From Eledone cirrhosa (lineage: Eukaryota): a stretch of DNA of 64,000 nt. This document shows positions 26,179 to 40,245 of this stretch, one piece after another. Below the pieces are notes generated by a model. The model searched no databases. It was given only the letters and a program-made list of their open reading frames with translations, and was not told the origin of the DNA. Positions within the stretch are counted from its first letter, which is position 1, and every line of letters starts with the position of its first letter. The position numbers and the translations under genes were made by a program. The stretch lies in the NCBI GenBank assembly GCA_964016885.1, contig OZ024740.1, positions 277,574,001 through 277,638,000 of the forward strand, in the 5' to 3' direction.

Positions 26179-29100
26179 GGCAAATCACTGATGAGGGACT
26201 TATTTTATTACATGTTACCATGTGCTACCTGCAGTATTTTTCTCTATATTTTAATACATATATTTACCACTGCGATTCTGTGTTTTTTTCTCTCTCTCTC
26301 TTACTGTTCCCCTATTCTCTCTGTTTCTCCCCCTCTGTCTTGTCCGTTAACTCTTCCTCACACTTTCACTCACTCACTGTTTTTCTCCCTCTTCTCTTCA
26401 TTTCATCCTGCACTCACGAACGCTATTTTTTCTCGCTCTGCTCAATGGCTTTCGTTCGTGTTGGTACTATTCTCTAAGCTCTCATATATTCACCTAGCTT
26501 ATGCTAAACGAATTATTTTTGAAGCTTGTTTCTCCCCTAAGGTATGCTATATTTTCTGTTGTTCTCCTGTCTCACTCGCTTTACGCGTTTTAATTGTCCT
26601 AATAACTTATTTTGGTTATTATTGCACCGAAGTGAGATATATGATTTTTAATGCAATGAAATATCTATGATCTTCGGCAAATCACTGATGAGGGACTTAT
26701 TTTATTACATGTAACCATGTGCTACCTGCAGTATTTTTCTCTATATTTTAATACATATATTTACCACTGCGATTCTGTGTTTTTTTCTCTCTCTCTTACT
26801 GTTCCCCCATTCTCTCTGTTTCTCCCCCTCTGTCTTGTCCGTTAACTCTTCCTCACACTTTCACTCACTCACTGTTTTTCTCCCTCTTCTCTTCATTTCA
26901 TCCTGCACTCACGAACGCTATTTTTTCTCTCTCTGCTCAATGGCTTTCGTTCGTGTTGGTACTATTCTCTAAGCTCTCATATATTCACCTAGCTTATGCT
27001 AAACGAATAATTTTTGAAGCTTGTTTCTCCCCTAAGGTATGCTATATTTTCTGTTGTTCTCCTGTCTCACTCGCTTTACGCGTTTTAATTGTCCTAATAA
27101 CTTATTTTGGTTATTATTGCACCGAAGTGAGATATATGATTTTTAATGCAATGAAATATCTATGATCTTCGGCAAATCACTGATGAGGGACTTATTTTAT
27201 TACATGTTACCATGTGCTACCTGCAGTATTTTTCTCTATATTTTAATACATATATTTACCACTGCGATTCTGTGTTTTTTTCTCTCTCTCTCTTACTGTT
27301 CCCCCATTCTCTCTGTTTCTCCCCCTCTGTCTTGTCCGTTAACTCTTCCTCACACTTTCACTCACTCACTGTTTTTCTCCCTCTTCTCTTCATTTCATCC
27401 TGCACTCACGAACGCTATTTTTTCTCTCTCTGCTCAATGGCTTTCGTTCGTGTTGGTACTATTCTCTAAGCTCTCATATATTCACCTAGCTTATGCTAAA
27501 CGAATAATTTTTGAAGCTTGTTTCTCCCCTAAGGTATGCTATATTTACTGTTGTTCTCCTGTCTCACTCGCTTTACGCGTTTTAATTGTCCTAATAACTT
27601 ATTTTGGTTATTATTGCACCGAAGTGAGATATATGATTTTTAATGCAATGAAATATCTATGATCTTCGGCAAATCACTGATGAGGGACTTATTTTATTAC
27701 ATGTTACCATGTGCTACCTGCAGTATTTTTCTCTATATTTTAATACATATATTTACCACTGCGATTCTGTGTTTTTTTCTCTCTCTCTTACTGTTCCCCC
27801 ATTCTCTCTGTTTCTCCCCCTCTGTCTTGTCCGTTAACTCTTCCTCACACTTTAACTCACTCACTGTTTTTCTCCCTCTTCTCTTCATTTCATCCTGCAC
27901 TCACGAACGCTATTTTTTCTCTCTCTGCTCAATGGCTTTCGTTCGTGTTGGTACTATTCTCTAAGCTCTCATATATTCACCTAGCTTATGCTAAACGAAT
28001 AATTTTTGAAGCTTGTTTCTCCCCTAAGGTATGCTATATTTTCTGTTGTTCTCCTGTCTCACTCGCTTTACGCGTTTTAATTGTCCTAATAACTTATTTT
28101 GGTTATTATTGCACCGAAGTGAGATATATGATTTTTAATGCAATGAAATATCTATGATCTTCGGCAAATCACTGATGAGGGACTTATTTTATTACATGTT
28201 ACCATGTGCTACCTGCAGTATTTTTCTCTATATTTTAATACATATATTTACCACTGCGATTCTGTGTTTTTTTCTCTCTCTCTCTTACTGTTCCCCCATT
28301 CTCTCTGTTTCTCCCCCTCTGTCTTGTCCGTTAACTCTTCCTCACACTTTCACTCACTCACTGTTTTTCTCCCTCTTCTCTTCATTTCATCCTGCACTCA
28401 CGAACGCTATTTTTTCTCTCTCTGCTCAATGGCTTTCGTTCGTGTTGGTACTATTCTCTAAGCTCTCATATATTCACCTAGCTTATGCTAAACGAATAAT
28501 TTTTGAAGCTTGTTTCTCCCCTAAGGTATGCTATATTTACTGTTGTTCTCCTGTCTCACTCGCTTTACGCGTTTTAATTGTCCTAATAACTTATTTTGGT
28601 TATTATTGCACCGAAGTGAGATATATGATTTTTAATGCAATGAAATATCTATGATCTTCGGCAAATCACTGATGAGGGACTTATTTTATTACATGTTACC
28701 ATGTGCTACCTGCAGTATTTTTGTCTATATTTTAATACATATATTTACCACTGCGATTCTGTGTTTTTTTCTCTCTCTCTTACTGTTCCCCCATTCTCTC
28801 TGTTTCTCCCCCTCTGTCTTGTCCGTTAACTCTTCCTCACACTTTCACTCACTCACTGTTTTTCTCCCTCTTCTCTTCATTTCATCCTGCACTCAGGAAC
28901 GCTATTTTTTCTCTCTCTGCTCAATGGCTTTCGTTCGCGTTGGTACTATTCTCTAAGCTCTCATATATTCACCTAGCTTATGCTATGCTAAACGAATAAT
29001 TTTTGAAGCTTGTTTCTCCCCTAAGGTATGCTATATTTTCTGTTGTTCTCCTGTCTCACTCGCTTTACGCGTTTTAATTGTCCTAATAACTTATTTTGGT

Positions 29101-29229
29101 TATTATTGCACCGAAGTGAGATATATGATTTTTAATGCAATGAAATATCTATGATCTTCGGCAAATCACTGATGAGGGACTTATTTTATTACATGTTACC
29201 ATGTGCTACCTGCAGTATTTTTCTCTATA

Positions 29230-29237
<8 letters not shown>
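26179..29237 (+). repeat. Tandem array of ~496-bp non-coding units (~6.15 copies), retrozyme-like (locus A)
   Basis: Unit starts at 26179, 26676, 27171, 27668, 28163, 28660, 29160; units near-identical; (TA)n flanks. Confidence 0.97.
26596..26696 (+). ncRNA. Putative reverse-order pseudoknotted hammerhead motif with K-turn (copy A, first of six)
   Basis: GUCC UAAUAAC..GUUAUUA UUGC A CCGAAG UGA GAUAU A UGAUUU UUAAU GCAA U GAA AUAUC UAU GA U CUUCGG C AAAUCA CUGAUGA G GGAC. Confidence 0.7.
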
Positions 29238-29286
<49 letters not shown>

Positions 29287-29433
29287 ATTAAAATACTGGA
29301 GCGTGTTGGAGTTAAACACCCTCCTCGTATTATATAAATGACAGTAATAGGTATAGCTCAATGTAATTAAACAGAGCCGAAGAATTATGAAAATAAAACA
29401 AAGAAGCCTTCAATACATCAAAAGTCTTTATTA

Positions 29434-29471
29434 GCCAACAATGTTTCGTCCTATTAACGACTCATCAGGGC
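29434..29471 (-). ncRNA. Minimal type I hammerhead
   Basis: GCC CTGATGA GTC gttaatag GAC GAAA CATTG TT GGC. Confidence 0.85.
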
Positions 29472-31234
29472 AATTAAAACTACAAGAAGCACTATCGGCC
29501 AATACAAACCGAAAACTCCGAAGAATATGGAGTGTACATATACTAAAGTATTGGAAGATTATGGGTAAAAATATATAATAAAAATCACTAAGGAGGTGGA
29601 TAACATTTTGAACCATATTACAAATATAGTCCAAAGCAAAAAAACTAGAGCTAAACAAAGGTGGTTATATAGAACGGGAATTATAGTACTATATGTAATA
29701 CAATATAATATAATATAATATACTTGTAACAATATTAAAATTAAAATTAAAATTAAAAGTCACAATATACGTATGTATATATATACACACACGTACGCAC
29801 ATATACATATACATCAATACACATTTCCATCATTAACAGCACAAATTAAACCTTATTAAGTGTTTAAATATAAATAAGCATAATAGGAATAAAAATAAAA
29901 ATACAAAATAATACTTATATATAATATACAGTATAACATGAAGTAATGAAATGATTAAAAGTAAAACATATAATATATAATAAACTATATAATTATATAA
30001 TATATAATATAATATAATAGATAATCTCCGGTTAATTTAGACAAGCAATATAGATGTCACAATAACACTATAATAATAATATAATAATATATAATGGCAT
30101 GTAAGTTAACATATCAATTCATATAGAGTTAGAGAGCAGGTGAGAAAAAAAAAATATATTGTACAATACCAAAATCAAAATTATGATGGTACAAAAAATA
30201 TAAAGATCTTACGGAATATATAAAATATAACATATCATAATGCTGCATAAAATCATCGGTAAGTAACAAAGATCAATATTACATTTACAAAGAGTTGAAT
30301 AACAACTTCAATATAAATAATGAACATAATATAATATATAATTACTTATAATTACAAGGTTGGTGAGCAGACACATATGTGAATGAGTGAATAAGGGCCA
30401 GACAGAAAAATATTATGCACAGTAGTATTAATAAATAAATAAATAAAATCGACCGGAAATCAAAAAACAAAAACAAAAGTATTTACTTAGGTCTCACATG
30501 CAGTTATGTAAAAATTTAGGAAACAACCCGGATAAATGACTAGAAAACCCTATTTGATAAATTAATTTTGAAGATATTTAAAATACTTAATAAGGCAATA
30601 CAATATTAGCTATGGTTTAAGTAATCAAAATTCCTAAAGATTAAGATATCAACTATAAATATATATAGAAAGGAATGAAATATTCTACTATCATTTACAT
30701 AACGTTATCTAATAAACTGACTTAAGCAGAATTATGGTAGGCTAATGTGGACAGAAAAAAAGAAATGTATGGAGGATACAAAGGAGCATAAAATCATAAT
30801 CAATATACTGTATTATATAATAGAAAGGAGCATAAAAATGGGGATTAAATATAATCATAATATATTTAAAGGGGTTAGCAATAAGTTTATGTGTGCATGG
30901 GGGGGGAGGGGGGGGTTAGTTATCCAAAGAAGAATCCAAATAAAATAAAATAAAATAAAATGAAACAAAATAATATAAAATATATAATCAGATATATACT
31001 CATAAGGTGTTAATAGTGAAAATTTAATGTGTAAGATGATAGATATGGTATAATAGCCAAAAGATTATGAGAGATAGAATAAAAAGTTGTCAAAAACCAA
31101 TGATAATAATGATGATAATAATGGTGGTAAACAAAATGAACCTAAACTAAGCTAAAAAATCAGTAATGGAATATATCAGCTAATGGATACAATTTACACT
31201 ACTAGAACCTTTAGGTTTATAATAAAAGTAAGAA

Positions 31235-31957
31235 TTAGAAATAGCGTGGGGGCAAGAAGAGAATATCTCAGACTTTCTATTAAGTAAGGATTCACTAGAG
31301 AAAATTATAGTGTGTCTCAAGGATACAGAGATTACAAAATTTAGTATGTGTAGAAAGGTTAATAGAGCGTGCTACTAAACGCCAATTAAGGCTATATGGT
31401 ATATTAGCCCCCTTAAGATCCCAGATATAGTGTGCTAAAGAAGTAGAATTCTTAAACTTAACATGTTTGAAATTAGAGATATTAGAATTAAACCTAGTCT
31501 TAAAAGTGTTAGATGTAGAGCCTATATATGTTCTATTAGAGGAATTAGTTATAACTACGCAAGCATAAACGATGTTCTTAGAGAGGCAGTTACCGTTTAA
31601 AGGGCAGTTAGCACCCACTCTACAGTTACACTTCCGGGTGCTATTGATTGGCTGAAGTAGTAATGCATTACGCGTAGGATTAGTATTAGATAAGGTCTGC
31701 TCTGGTGGTAAGGCATTTGCAGATCTGTTCTGACTAGTAGTATGTAGAGAGGAGTATCCATCCCTAATTTTCCTATTGTTAGTGCTAGCTAAATGAGAAC
31801 TAATATTAGGGGTGGTAGAGAATGAGAGTTTAATAACATTTTTATTAAAAATACTATGGTATTTATGAGAAGGGGGAAATTTTTCTTTAAGATAGAAAAG
31901 AAGGACCTAGGGATATTAGTTAATACTTCCTGATTATATGGCGGGTTAAAATAAGTA
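31235..31957 (-). pseudogene. Disrupted PLE ORF (linker + GIY-YIG)
   Basis: CNCRVGANCPLNGNCLSKNIVY..YIGSTSNTFKTRF..STSLAHYIWDLK..CNLCILE, with frameshifts. Confidence 0.88.
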
Positions 31958-31999
31958 TACATAAATATATATATGTATATATGTATATATGTATATATG

Positions 32000-32203
<204 letters not shown>

Positions 32204-32287
32204 CATATATACATATATACATATATGTATGTATATATACATATATACATATATACATACATGTATGTATGTATATATATATATATA

Positions 32288-32488
32288 TAACGAAGGAAAT
32301 GTGGTAAGGAACCAGGTGGACCATAACGCACCAAAGTATCAATACTTAGGGTAGTAGAGTGGGTAATAGGAACGAGTAGGACCCCGACGGCTGAGCTCAA
32401 GCCGTTTCGACGGCTAATTCTGGACTCGAATTCAGTCCAGAATTAGCCGTCGAAACGGCTTGAGCTCAGCCGTCGGGGCCTACTCGTT

Positions 32489-32492
<4 letters not shown>
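32288..32492. mobile_element. Short fold-back remnant of a PLE terminus
   Basis: ~60-bp arms centred on GAATTC at ~32431; family of 9748 and 25040. Confidence 0.78.
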
Positions 32493-32547
<55 letters not shown>

Positions 32548-32559
32548 CTATAGATATAG

Positions 32560-33095
32560 ATATATTTATTGAAATACAAATATTCATAAAATAGATGTTC
32601 TTTTCATCAATTAAATTTTATTATACACATTTCAGAGGTACAATAGTACGTCCTCATCAGACAAAATATAATGATACATGACATACCATATGTGGAAAAT
32701 TTTTTTTTGCACAAATTACTCCCCTTTATCTCTCCCTCTCTTTAATTATTTATCGGTAACTTTCATAAACTGTAATAATATTATAACTCCAGACAGGTCT
32801 TCCTCTATAATCCTAATTTGTGGTATCCTACATTTTAAAATCACTATAACTGTTACATTAAAGCAACCTTTTCTTACTCATACCTTCTCTATTGATTCTA
32901 TATGTTTTTGCATTTTCTCGTTATTAGGGTATAAATCACTACCTCGATTAAATCTTAACCATTTAACATCTCAGGGTATGTCATGTATCATTATATTTTG
33001 TCTGATGAGGACGTACTGTTGTATCTCTGAAATATGTATAATCAAATTTAATTGAAAAGAACATCTATTTTATTAATATTTGTATTTTAATATTA
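32560..33095. mobile_element. Fold-back element with an HHR in each arm (32615-32667 minus, 32995-33047 plus)
   Basis: Minus copy: ATTTTGT CTGATGA GGACGTAC tatt GTACCTCT GAAA TGTGTA TA ATAAAAT (7-bp stem I). Confidence 0.85.
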
Positions 33096-33181
33096 ATAAC
33101 TGTGGAAAATATTTCTGTAGACTGCTTCCAATCTACTGTAAAACTAATTATTTGATGTACTCATTGAATCTTATTTAACTC

Positions 33182-33249
<68 letters not shown>

Positions 33250-33254
<5 letters not shown>

Positions 33255-33700
33255 GGCAATAAACATAAATGAACTCCAACGAAAATTAAATAGAAAACAT
33301 GAATGGAATAGCAACATCAAAACTTACAATTAAGGACAAAATGAAAACACACACACACACATAGAACAAACAAACAACCAGTAACATGTAAATAAACAAA
33401 TAAATAAACAAATATAAACACACACAGAAACCCGGATGTAACAGGATGGCGTAGGACAGAACAAAGGATAGGTACAAAAACAAAGAAAAGAATCCCCAGT
33501 CACTGAAGAGGTCACAGAATGTGTGACGAAAGAACTTTGACAATATATGAACAATCGTCTGGTTGTTGAACCAACCAGCCAACCAGAAATTTATAAATTC
33601 TTGAATGTATGAATTTAATTTATAATAATAAATTGGAGTGAAAGCAACTGGTGTGTGGGTTTCTTATTGGCAACATGACCCTCTCAAAGCATAATAATAA
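33250..33700 (+). mobile_element. PLE-type 3' UTR with minimal HHR at 33499-33541
   Basis: GTCA CTGAAGA G GTCACA gaatg TGTGAC GAAA GAAC TT TGAC; layout and terminus resemble 9120-9640. Confidence 0.8.
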
Positions 33701-33701
33701 T

Positions 33702-33876
<175 letters not shown>

Positions 33877-34061
33877 CATATACATATATATATACATACA
33901 TATATATACATATATATATATATACATATACATAAATATATATATACATATACATATATATATACATATACATATATATATACATATACATATATATATA
34001 CATACATATATATATATACATATACATATATATATATACATATATATATATAGACATATAC

Positions 34062-34107
<46 letters not shown>

Positions 34108-34147
34108 ATATATACATATATATATATGTATATATACATATATATAC

Positions 34148-34268
<121 letters not shown>

Positions 34269-34292
34269 CCACAGACCCTCCATCTCAACTCA

Positions 34293-34330
34293 CCTTTTGA
34301 AAAGCAGAAGAACTGCGAAACCGGTAAAGG
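34293..34330 (+). ncRNA. Minimal type I hammerhead with U3-A8 core (UUGAAAA)
   Basis: CCTT TTGAAAA GCAG aagaa CTGC GAAA CCGG TA AAGG. Confidence 0.7.
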
Positions 34331-34493
34331 AACCAAATAAATATATATATTTAAAAAAAAAACAAGACTTCAGTTGCATTTTCGATTTCATCTCCTTTTC
34401 TTTATACTTCCACTCGTGTAGGACACCTCGGTTATTTTTCATTTTGTAAAAAAAACCTCACTTTCTAATATATATATATATATATATACATAT

Positions 34494-34567
<74 letters not shown>

Positions 34568-34619
34568 CAATATATATATATATACATATATACATATATA
34601 TATATATACATATATATAC

Positions 34620-34677
<58 letters not shown>

Positions 34678-34907
34678 ATAATAATAAATCTGAAGACTAA
34701 AATCCAAAGAGGGCTCGATAAGGATAAATATATATCAAATATATAAGAACCGTAGAGCAAATATTTATTAAAATAACAGATTAAAGTTTAAGCAAAGAAT
34801 CGATGCTTTCACCCTTTCAGAAGATCCCGTTAAGAGTGAAAGCACCCATTCTTTGCTTAAACTTTAATCTGTTATTTTAATAAAAATATATATATATATA
34901 CATATCA

Positions 34908-34979
<72 letters not shown>

Positions 34980-34983
<4 letters not shown>

Positions 34984-37494
34984 TCAGGTTTGAGGTTCAC
35001 CACTGTATAGAGCTGGTCTATTCCGTATGGTCAATCTGACTGCAACTTGAACTATATTGTATTTCTCCTGTGTCTTGAACTCTCCATTTAATAGACAACG
35101 AATCTTGTTTGTTTATTTATATCTTTACATCTTTATTTGCTGTATTGATGCTCCTCCACGTATTCTACCTCTATACATCCATGTACTTTCTACTTCCCTT
35201 ATTCGGACTTTTACTCGCGTGTACCCTCAGGACACGTCACTGGAATATTTCCCCCTGGGAACATAAATACCGCAACCTGAACTATATTGTATTTCTCCTG
35301 TGTCTTGAACTCTACATTTACTAGACAACGACTATTGCTTGTTTATCTATATCTTCACATCTTTGTTTGCTGTATTAATGTCTTTCCACGTACTCTACCT
35401 CTATACATCCATGTACTTTTTACTCCCCTTATTCGAACTTTTACTCGCGTGCACCCTTAGCACACGACACAGGATTGCCTCCCCCCTACCCCCGGGAACA
35501 TAAATACTGCAACCTGAACTATATTGTAATTCTCCTATGTCCTGATTTCTTCATCTTACTCCAACACCACTCTTGTTGGTTTATTTACATGTTTATACCT
35601 ATATATTGATATGTTTATATATTTATACCTCTGCTGTACCAATGTGCTCTTCCACGTATTCCACTTCTATGTATCCATGTATTTCTACTCCTCACATTGG
35701 GACCTGTACCCATTAGCACGCGACACTAGAATGTCTCCTCCTGAGAACAAAAATTAAACATTACACGACTATATCCCGTACTCTACATCCCACTAGGATA
35801 AATTACAGATCTACATAATACAATTAACGTTTCTTCATAAAAGACTATTTAATTAAACCCCGCAACCCCAAACCTCATAGAAGTTATTTGAATGTTTAAT
35901 CTTCAATTTTCTGTTTGTTCAATTCTCAATCCTCTTACTCCTTAGTTTTATAATGTTATTCAGAATTCTTTCAACTTCATCCGATAGAGTTAAGCAAAAT
36001 TCTAAAGCTCCAACTTTTTGTCGGACCGTTGGGTGGGTTTTAGCGGCGGCGCGACCAGCTCCCTGGCGAACGGGCTCACCTGGAGTGCTTGGAAAAATAA
36101 ATTTCCCCTTCTTTCGGTAAATGAAAATACTCGGCGTTGCTTAATTCGCCATGGGAGCCGGGGCGCGGCCGGTGTTTTAACCGCCAAATAGTACCTTTAA
36201 ATTACAGAACAAATCGGAACTATTAGATATATCAACCTGAAACTGTTGAGCTTTAAATTTTCTAACCTCTTTAATATGGAATATTGATTATTAATTTTTT
36301 AACTTCATCCTATAAGTCTAAACATTGTAACACACTGACCCCCAATATATTCACCTCTGCGAAGATGCGAGTCCCTGTGAAAATTTTGTCGCGCCACTCC
36401 TGGCCCGACTGTGGTATGACATTAATATCGACCTTCCTTCCTCTCTCTTTCTATCTTCCTTCTTGTAGCTATCAACCATTACTCTTTTACTTCTCTAAGC
36501 AAAATTTTAAAGTTCCAACTTTCTGTCGGACTGTTGGGTGGGTTTTAATGGCGGCGCGACCAGCTCCCTGGCGAACGAGCTCACCTGGAGTGCTTGGAAA
36601 AATAAATTTCCCCTTCTTTCAGTAAATGAAAATACTCGGCGTAGCTTAATTCGCCATGGGGCCCGGGGCGCGGCCGGTGTTTTAACCGCCACATAGTACC
36701 TTTAAGTTACAGAACAAATCGGAACTATTATATAATTAAATGTTAAACTGTTGAACTTTGAATTTTCTAACCTCTTTAATATTGAATATTGATTATTAAA
36801 TTTTTTAACTTCATCCTAGAAGTCTAAACACTGTAACACACTGACTCTCAATATATTCACCTCTGCTAAGATGCGGGTCCCTGTCAAAATTTTCTCGCGC
36901 CACTCCTGGCTTGACTGTGGTCTGACATTAATATCGACCTTTCTTCCTCTTTCTTTCTATCTTCCTTCTTGTAGCCATCAACCCTTACTTTTCTACTTCT
37001 CTCTTCCCTTCCTTCTCTTCTCCCCTCCTCCTGTCTTCCTCCCGCAGACTTATCTTCCTTCCCCCTCTTGCTTGCCTATATCTGACCAGTAGTAGTTGCC
37101 TTTCTTCTTTTAGCTGACATTAACCCTGGCTTCTCTTCTTCTTTCTTCCCCCTTCTTCTCTCTCCTTCCTTTCTTTCTTTCTTTTACCTTGTGTCATGAG
37201 ATCGACGTTAACTTATGCTCCCTTCCCTTTCTGTTTTCGTTCATCTGACCGGTAGTAGCATACTATAAAATTTAGCCACGTCACTCCAGGGCGACCGGCT
37301 GAGGTTAAAGGAACAGAATAGCGGTCGCCCTCGGGTCTCGATTTTCAGCCCCATGGATTTTACCTATTAAATTCACGTATTATATTTCGAATACCTGATG
37401 ATATCACCGGATTCATACGGAACCCGGTCATTTAAATGATCATAGTATAATAAACCTTTCAAGGATTTACACAAATCCAGCCTCCTGTCATTTC

Positions 37495-37500
<6 letters not shown>
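34980..37500 (+). mobile_element. Non-coding HHR-bearing element with 3 x ~230-bp and 2 x ~505-bp internal repeats
   Basis: Repeat starts at 35040/35270/35507 and ~35990/36495; HHR at 37391-37448 (GAAA>TAAA); begins with an inverted copy of the 5793-5850 terminus. Confidence 0.7.
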
Positions 37501-37574
<74 letters not shown>

Positions 37575-37607
37575 TATAAATATACATATCAATATGTATA
37601 TATATAT

Positions 37608-37659
<52 letters not shown>

Positions 37660-37660
<1 letters not shown>

Positions 37661-38760
37661 AGGTGTTAAAGTTTGCTTTGAAGCATTGTGAAATGTGTAA
37701 AATACGTACTTAAGAAAGCCACAACAATGCAGAGGGAAATCTCGAGGTAGGAAGTGAAAGATAGATAGGAAAAACAGGTGAAAGTGAAAATTGAGAGAGA
37801 CAAAGATGAAAACAAAACAAAGGTAGAAGGGTTACCGTAGTAGAGATTTAACCCCAATATTTCGGGCTCACGCCCATCAACGGGGGAAAGTTCCAAAAGG
37901 GGGGGAACAGGCCAAGCGGAGAAAGTTGTGATGTCGTTAAGACAGGAATGCCGTTATGGGGAGAAAATTATTTAAAATTTAAACGAGGGAAAGAATGCGC
38001 GTGCGCGTGATAGGCTGTGGCAAAAGCTACTGACCAAATGGGTTAAATCAAGAGGGTGCGATAGCGTGTGAAAGCCGTAAGATATGTGTGTGTAAATATA
38101 TATGTGTGTGTAACTGTGTGTGTATAAGTGTAAGTGTGTATATGTGTGAGTGTGTGTGTGTGTGAAAGATAGTGGGCTGTAGAAGCTGGAAAGTGAATGG
38201 TCACTATGGTTAAGTTAGCCATGTCAGCTCATTTCTCATAGCCCGGTTGTTAAGTGGGGGTCTGAGGTTCTTAATAACAAGTGCTTCCTTTATCCTTAAG
38301 GATCCGATGCTGCGTTCAGTCGCTAGGACTGTGACCAAGGGTCTATCCTGTGGGTTTCCGCATTTAAGGATGTGTTTACGGAAGGAAGATGCGTTGGTGT
38401 TGATATGTTCCTTGATACGAACATGTAGGGGTCGGATGGTGCTACCTATGTAAAACTTGTTACATTTATCGCATTGAATCTTATATACGACATAGGTGCG
38501 TAGGCAATCTGCCCCCCGTATCGGGCAGTTGCTGAGGGAACACGTCCCATCTGACTCGTCGGGTTTGTTGGAGAGGCATCTTCGCAGCGAAGGTCCTGTG
38601 TGGGCTAAATGTATGTCAAGTCCCTCCGTCCGTATGGCCCTGCGGATGGCGTTCGTGGTATATTCACTCAGGTGGGGGATTTTAAAGAAGCACCTGCTAT
38701 TATTTAATTTTCTAGTGGGTGTCTGTCTATTGGGTCTGGGGTCTCTAATTCCGTTAATCG
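37660..38760 (-). mobile_element. 5'-truncated PLE, same family as 9961-12724 (GIY-YIG at 38210-38760)
   Basis: Near-identical peptide and 3' UTR; UTR lacks the internal duplication of the palindromic copy. Confidence 0.93.
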
Positions 38761-38769
38761 GAATATATA

Positions 38770-38825
<56 letters not shown>

Positions 38826-38982
38826 CGAAGGAAATGTGGTAAGGAACCAGGTGGACCATATCGCACGAAAGTACTCAATCCTTGAGGTAGTAGAGTGGGT
38901 AATAGGTAGTGAGGTAGTAGAGTGGGTAATATATATATATATATATATACATATATACATATTTATACATATATATATATAC

Positions 38983-39051
<69 letters not shown>

Positions 39052-39094
39052 TATACATATATACATATTTATACATATATATATATACATATAC

Positions 39095-39285
<191 letters not shown>

Positions 39286-39333
39286 TATATATATACACAA
39301 ACACATATATATATATATATATATATCTATATA

Positions 39334-39387
<54 letters not shown>

Positions 39388-39404
39388 TATATATATACAT
39401 ATAC

Positions 39405-39479
<75 letters not shown>

Positions 39480-39829
39480 GTGTGTGTGATGTGTGGTGTA
39501 TGTGTTTGTGTGAGTGTGTGTTTGCGTGTTTGTGTGTGTGTTTACACATTTATTCGTTTAAGTTACTGCATTACAGGCGGATGTAATAGTCTACCGCCTT
39601 CAAGAGTTTAGTTGAATATATCAGCCCCACTACTTATTTGTAAGTCTGTACATAATACATATTACTGTTTTACAAATGAACATAATATTTACTGATGCAG
39701 ACCGCCCCCACTTTTCAATCAAGGTATATTTGATTATCTCTGTATAAACATGTCATATGAAATATTCAATCTGGTGAACGTTCATCCCTCTCCCTTCCCT
39801 CCTTTCTTCTTTCTCTTTATAACTTTATT

Positions 39830-40243
39830 CATACATACATGCATACATACATACATACATACATACATACATACATACATACATACATACATACATACAT
39901 ACGTACATGCATGCATACATACATACATACATACATACATACATACATACATACATGCATACATACATACATACGTACATACATACATGCATGCATGCAT
40001 ACATACATACATACGTACATACATACATACATGCATGCATACATACATGCATGCATACATACATACATACATACATGCATACATACGTACATACATACAT
40101 GCATGCATACATACATACATACATACATACATGCATACATACATACATACATACATACATACATACATACATGCATGCATACATACATACATACATACAT
40201 ACATACATACATACATACATACATACATACATACATACATACA
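39830..40243. repeat. (TACA)n microsatellite with TGCA variants
   Basis: Directly visible. Confidence 0.95.
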
Positions 40244-40245
40244 TT

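Larger units (their letters stand above)
29285..31960 (-). mobile_element. 5'-truncated PLE with ~2-kb AT-rich 3' UTR
   Basis: [14 protein letters not shown] thumb motif, GIY-YIG domain and terminal HHR. Confidence 0.88.

Noticed and set aside
26658-26696. Reading the array motif as an ordinary type II hammerhead (GAAA UAUC UA, hairpin, CUGAUGA)
   Set aside because: The would-be UH is AA in locus B and GA in locus C, and no direct stem II forms.
26620-26700. SECIS, box C/D snoRNA, twister or pistol interpretation of the motif
   Set aside because: K-turn polarity is opposite to SECIS and there is no UGA-containing ORF; no 5' box C; required twister/pistol helices and pseudoknots could not be drawn.
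26077-28956. Repeated 166-aa and 85-aa ORFs in the tandem array
   Set aside because: Broken by 2-bp indels in alternate units and not conserved at loci B and C; conservation is at the RNA-structure level.
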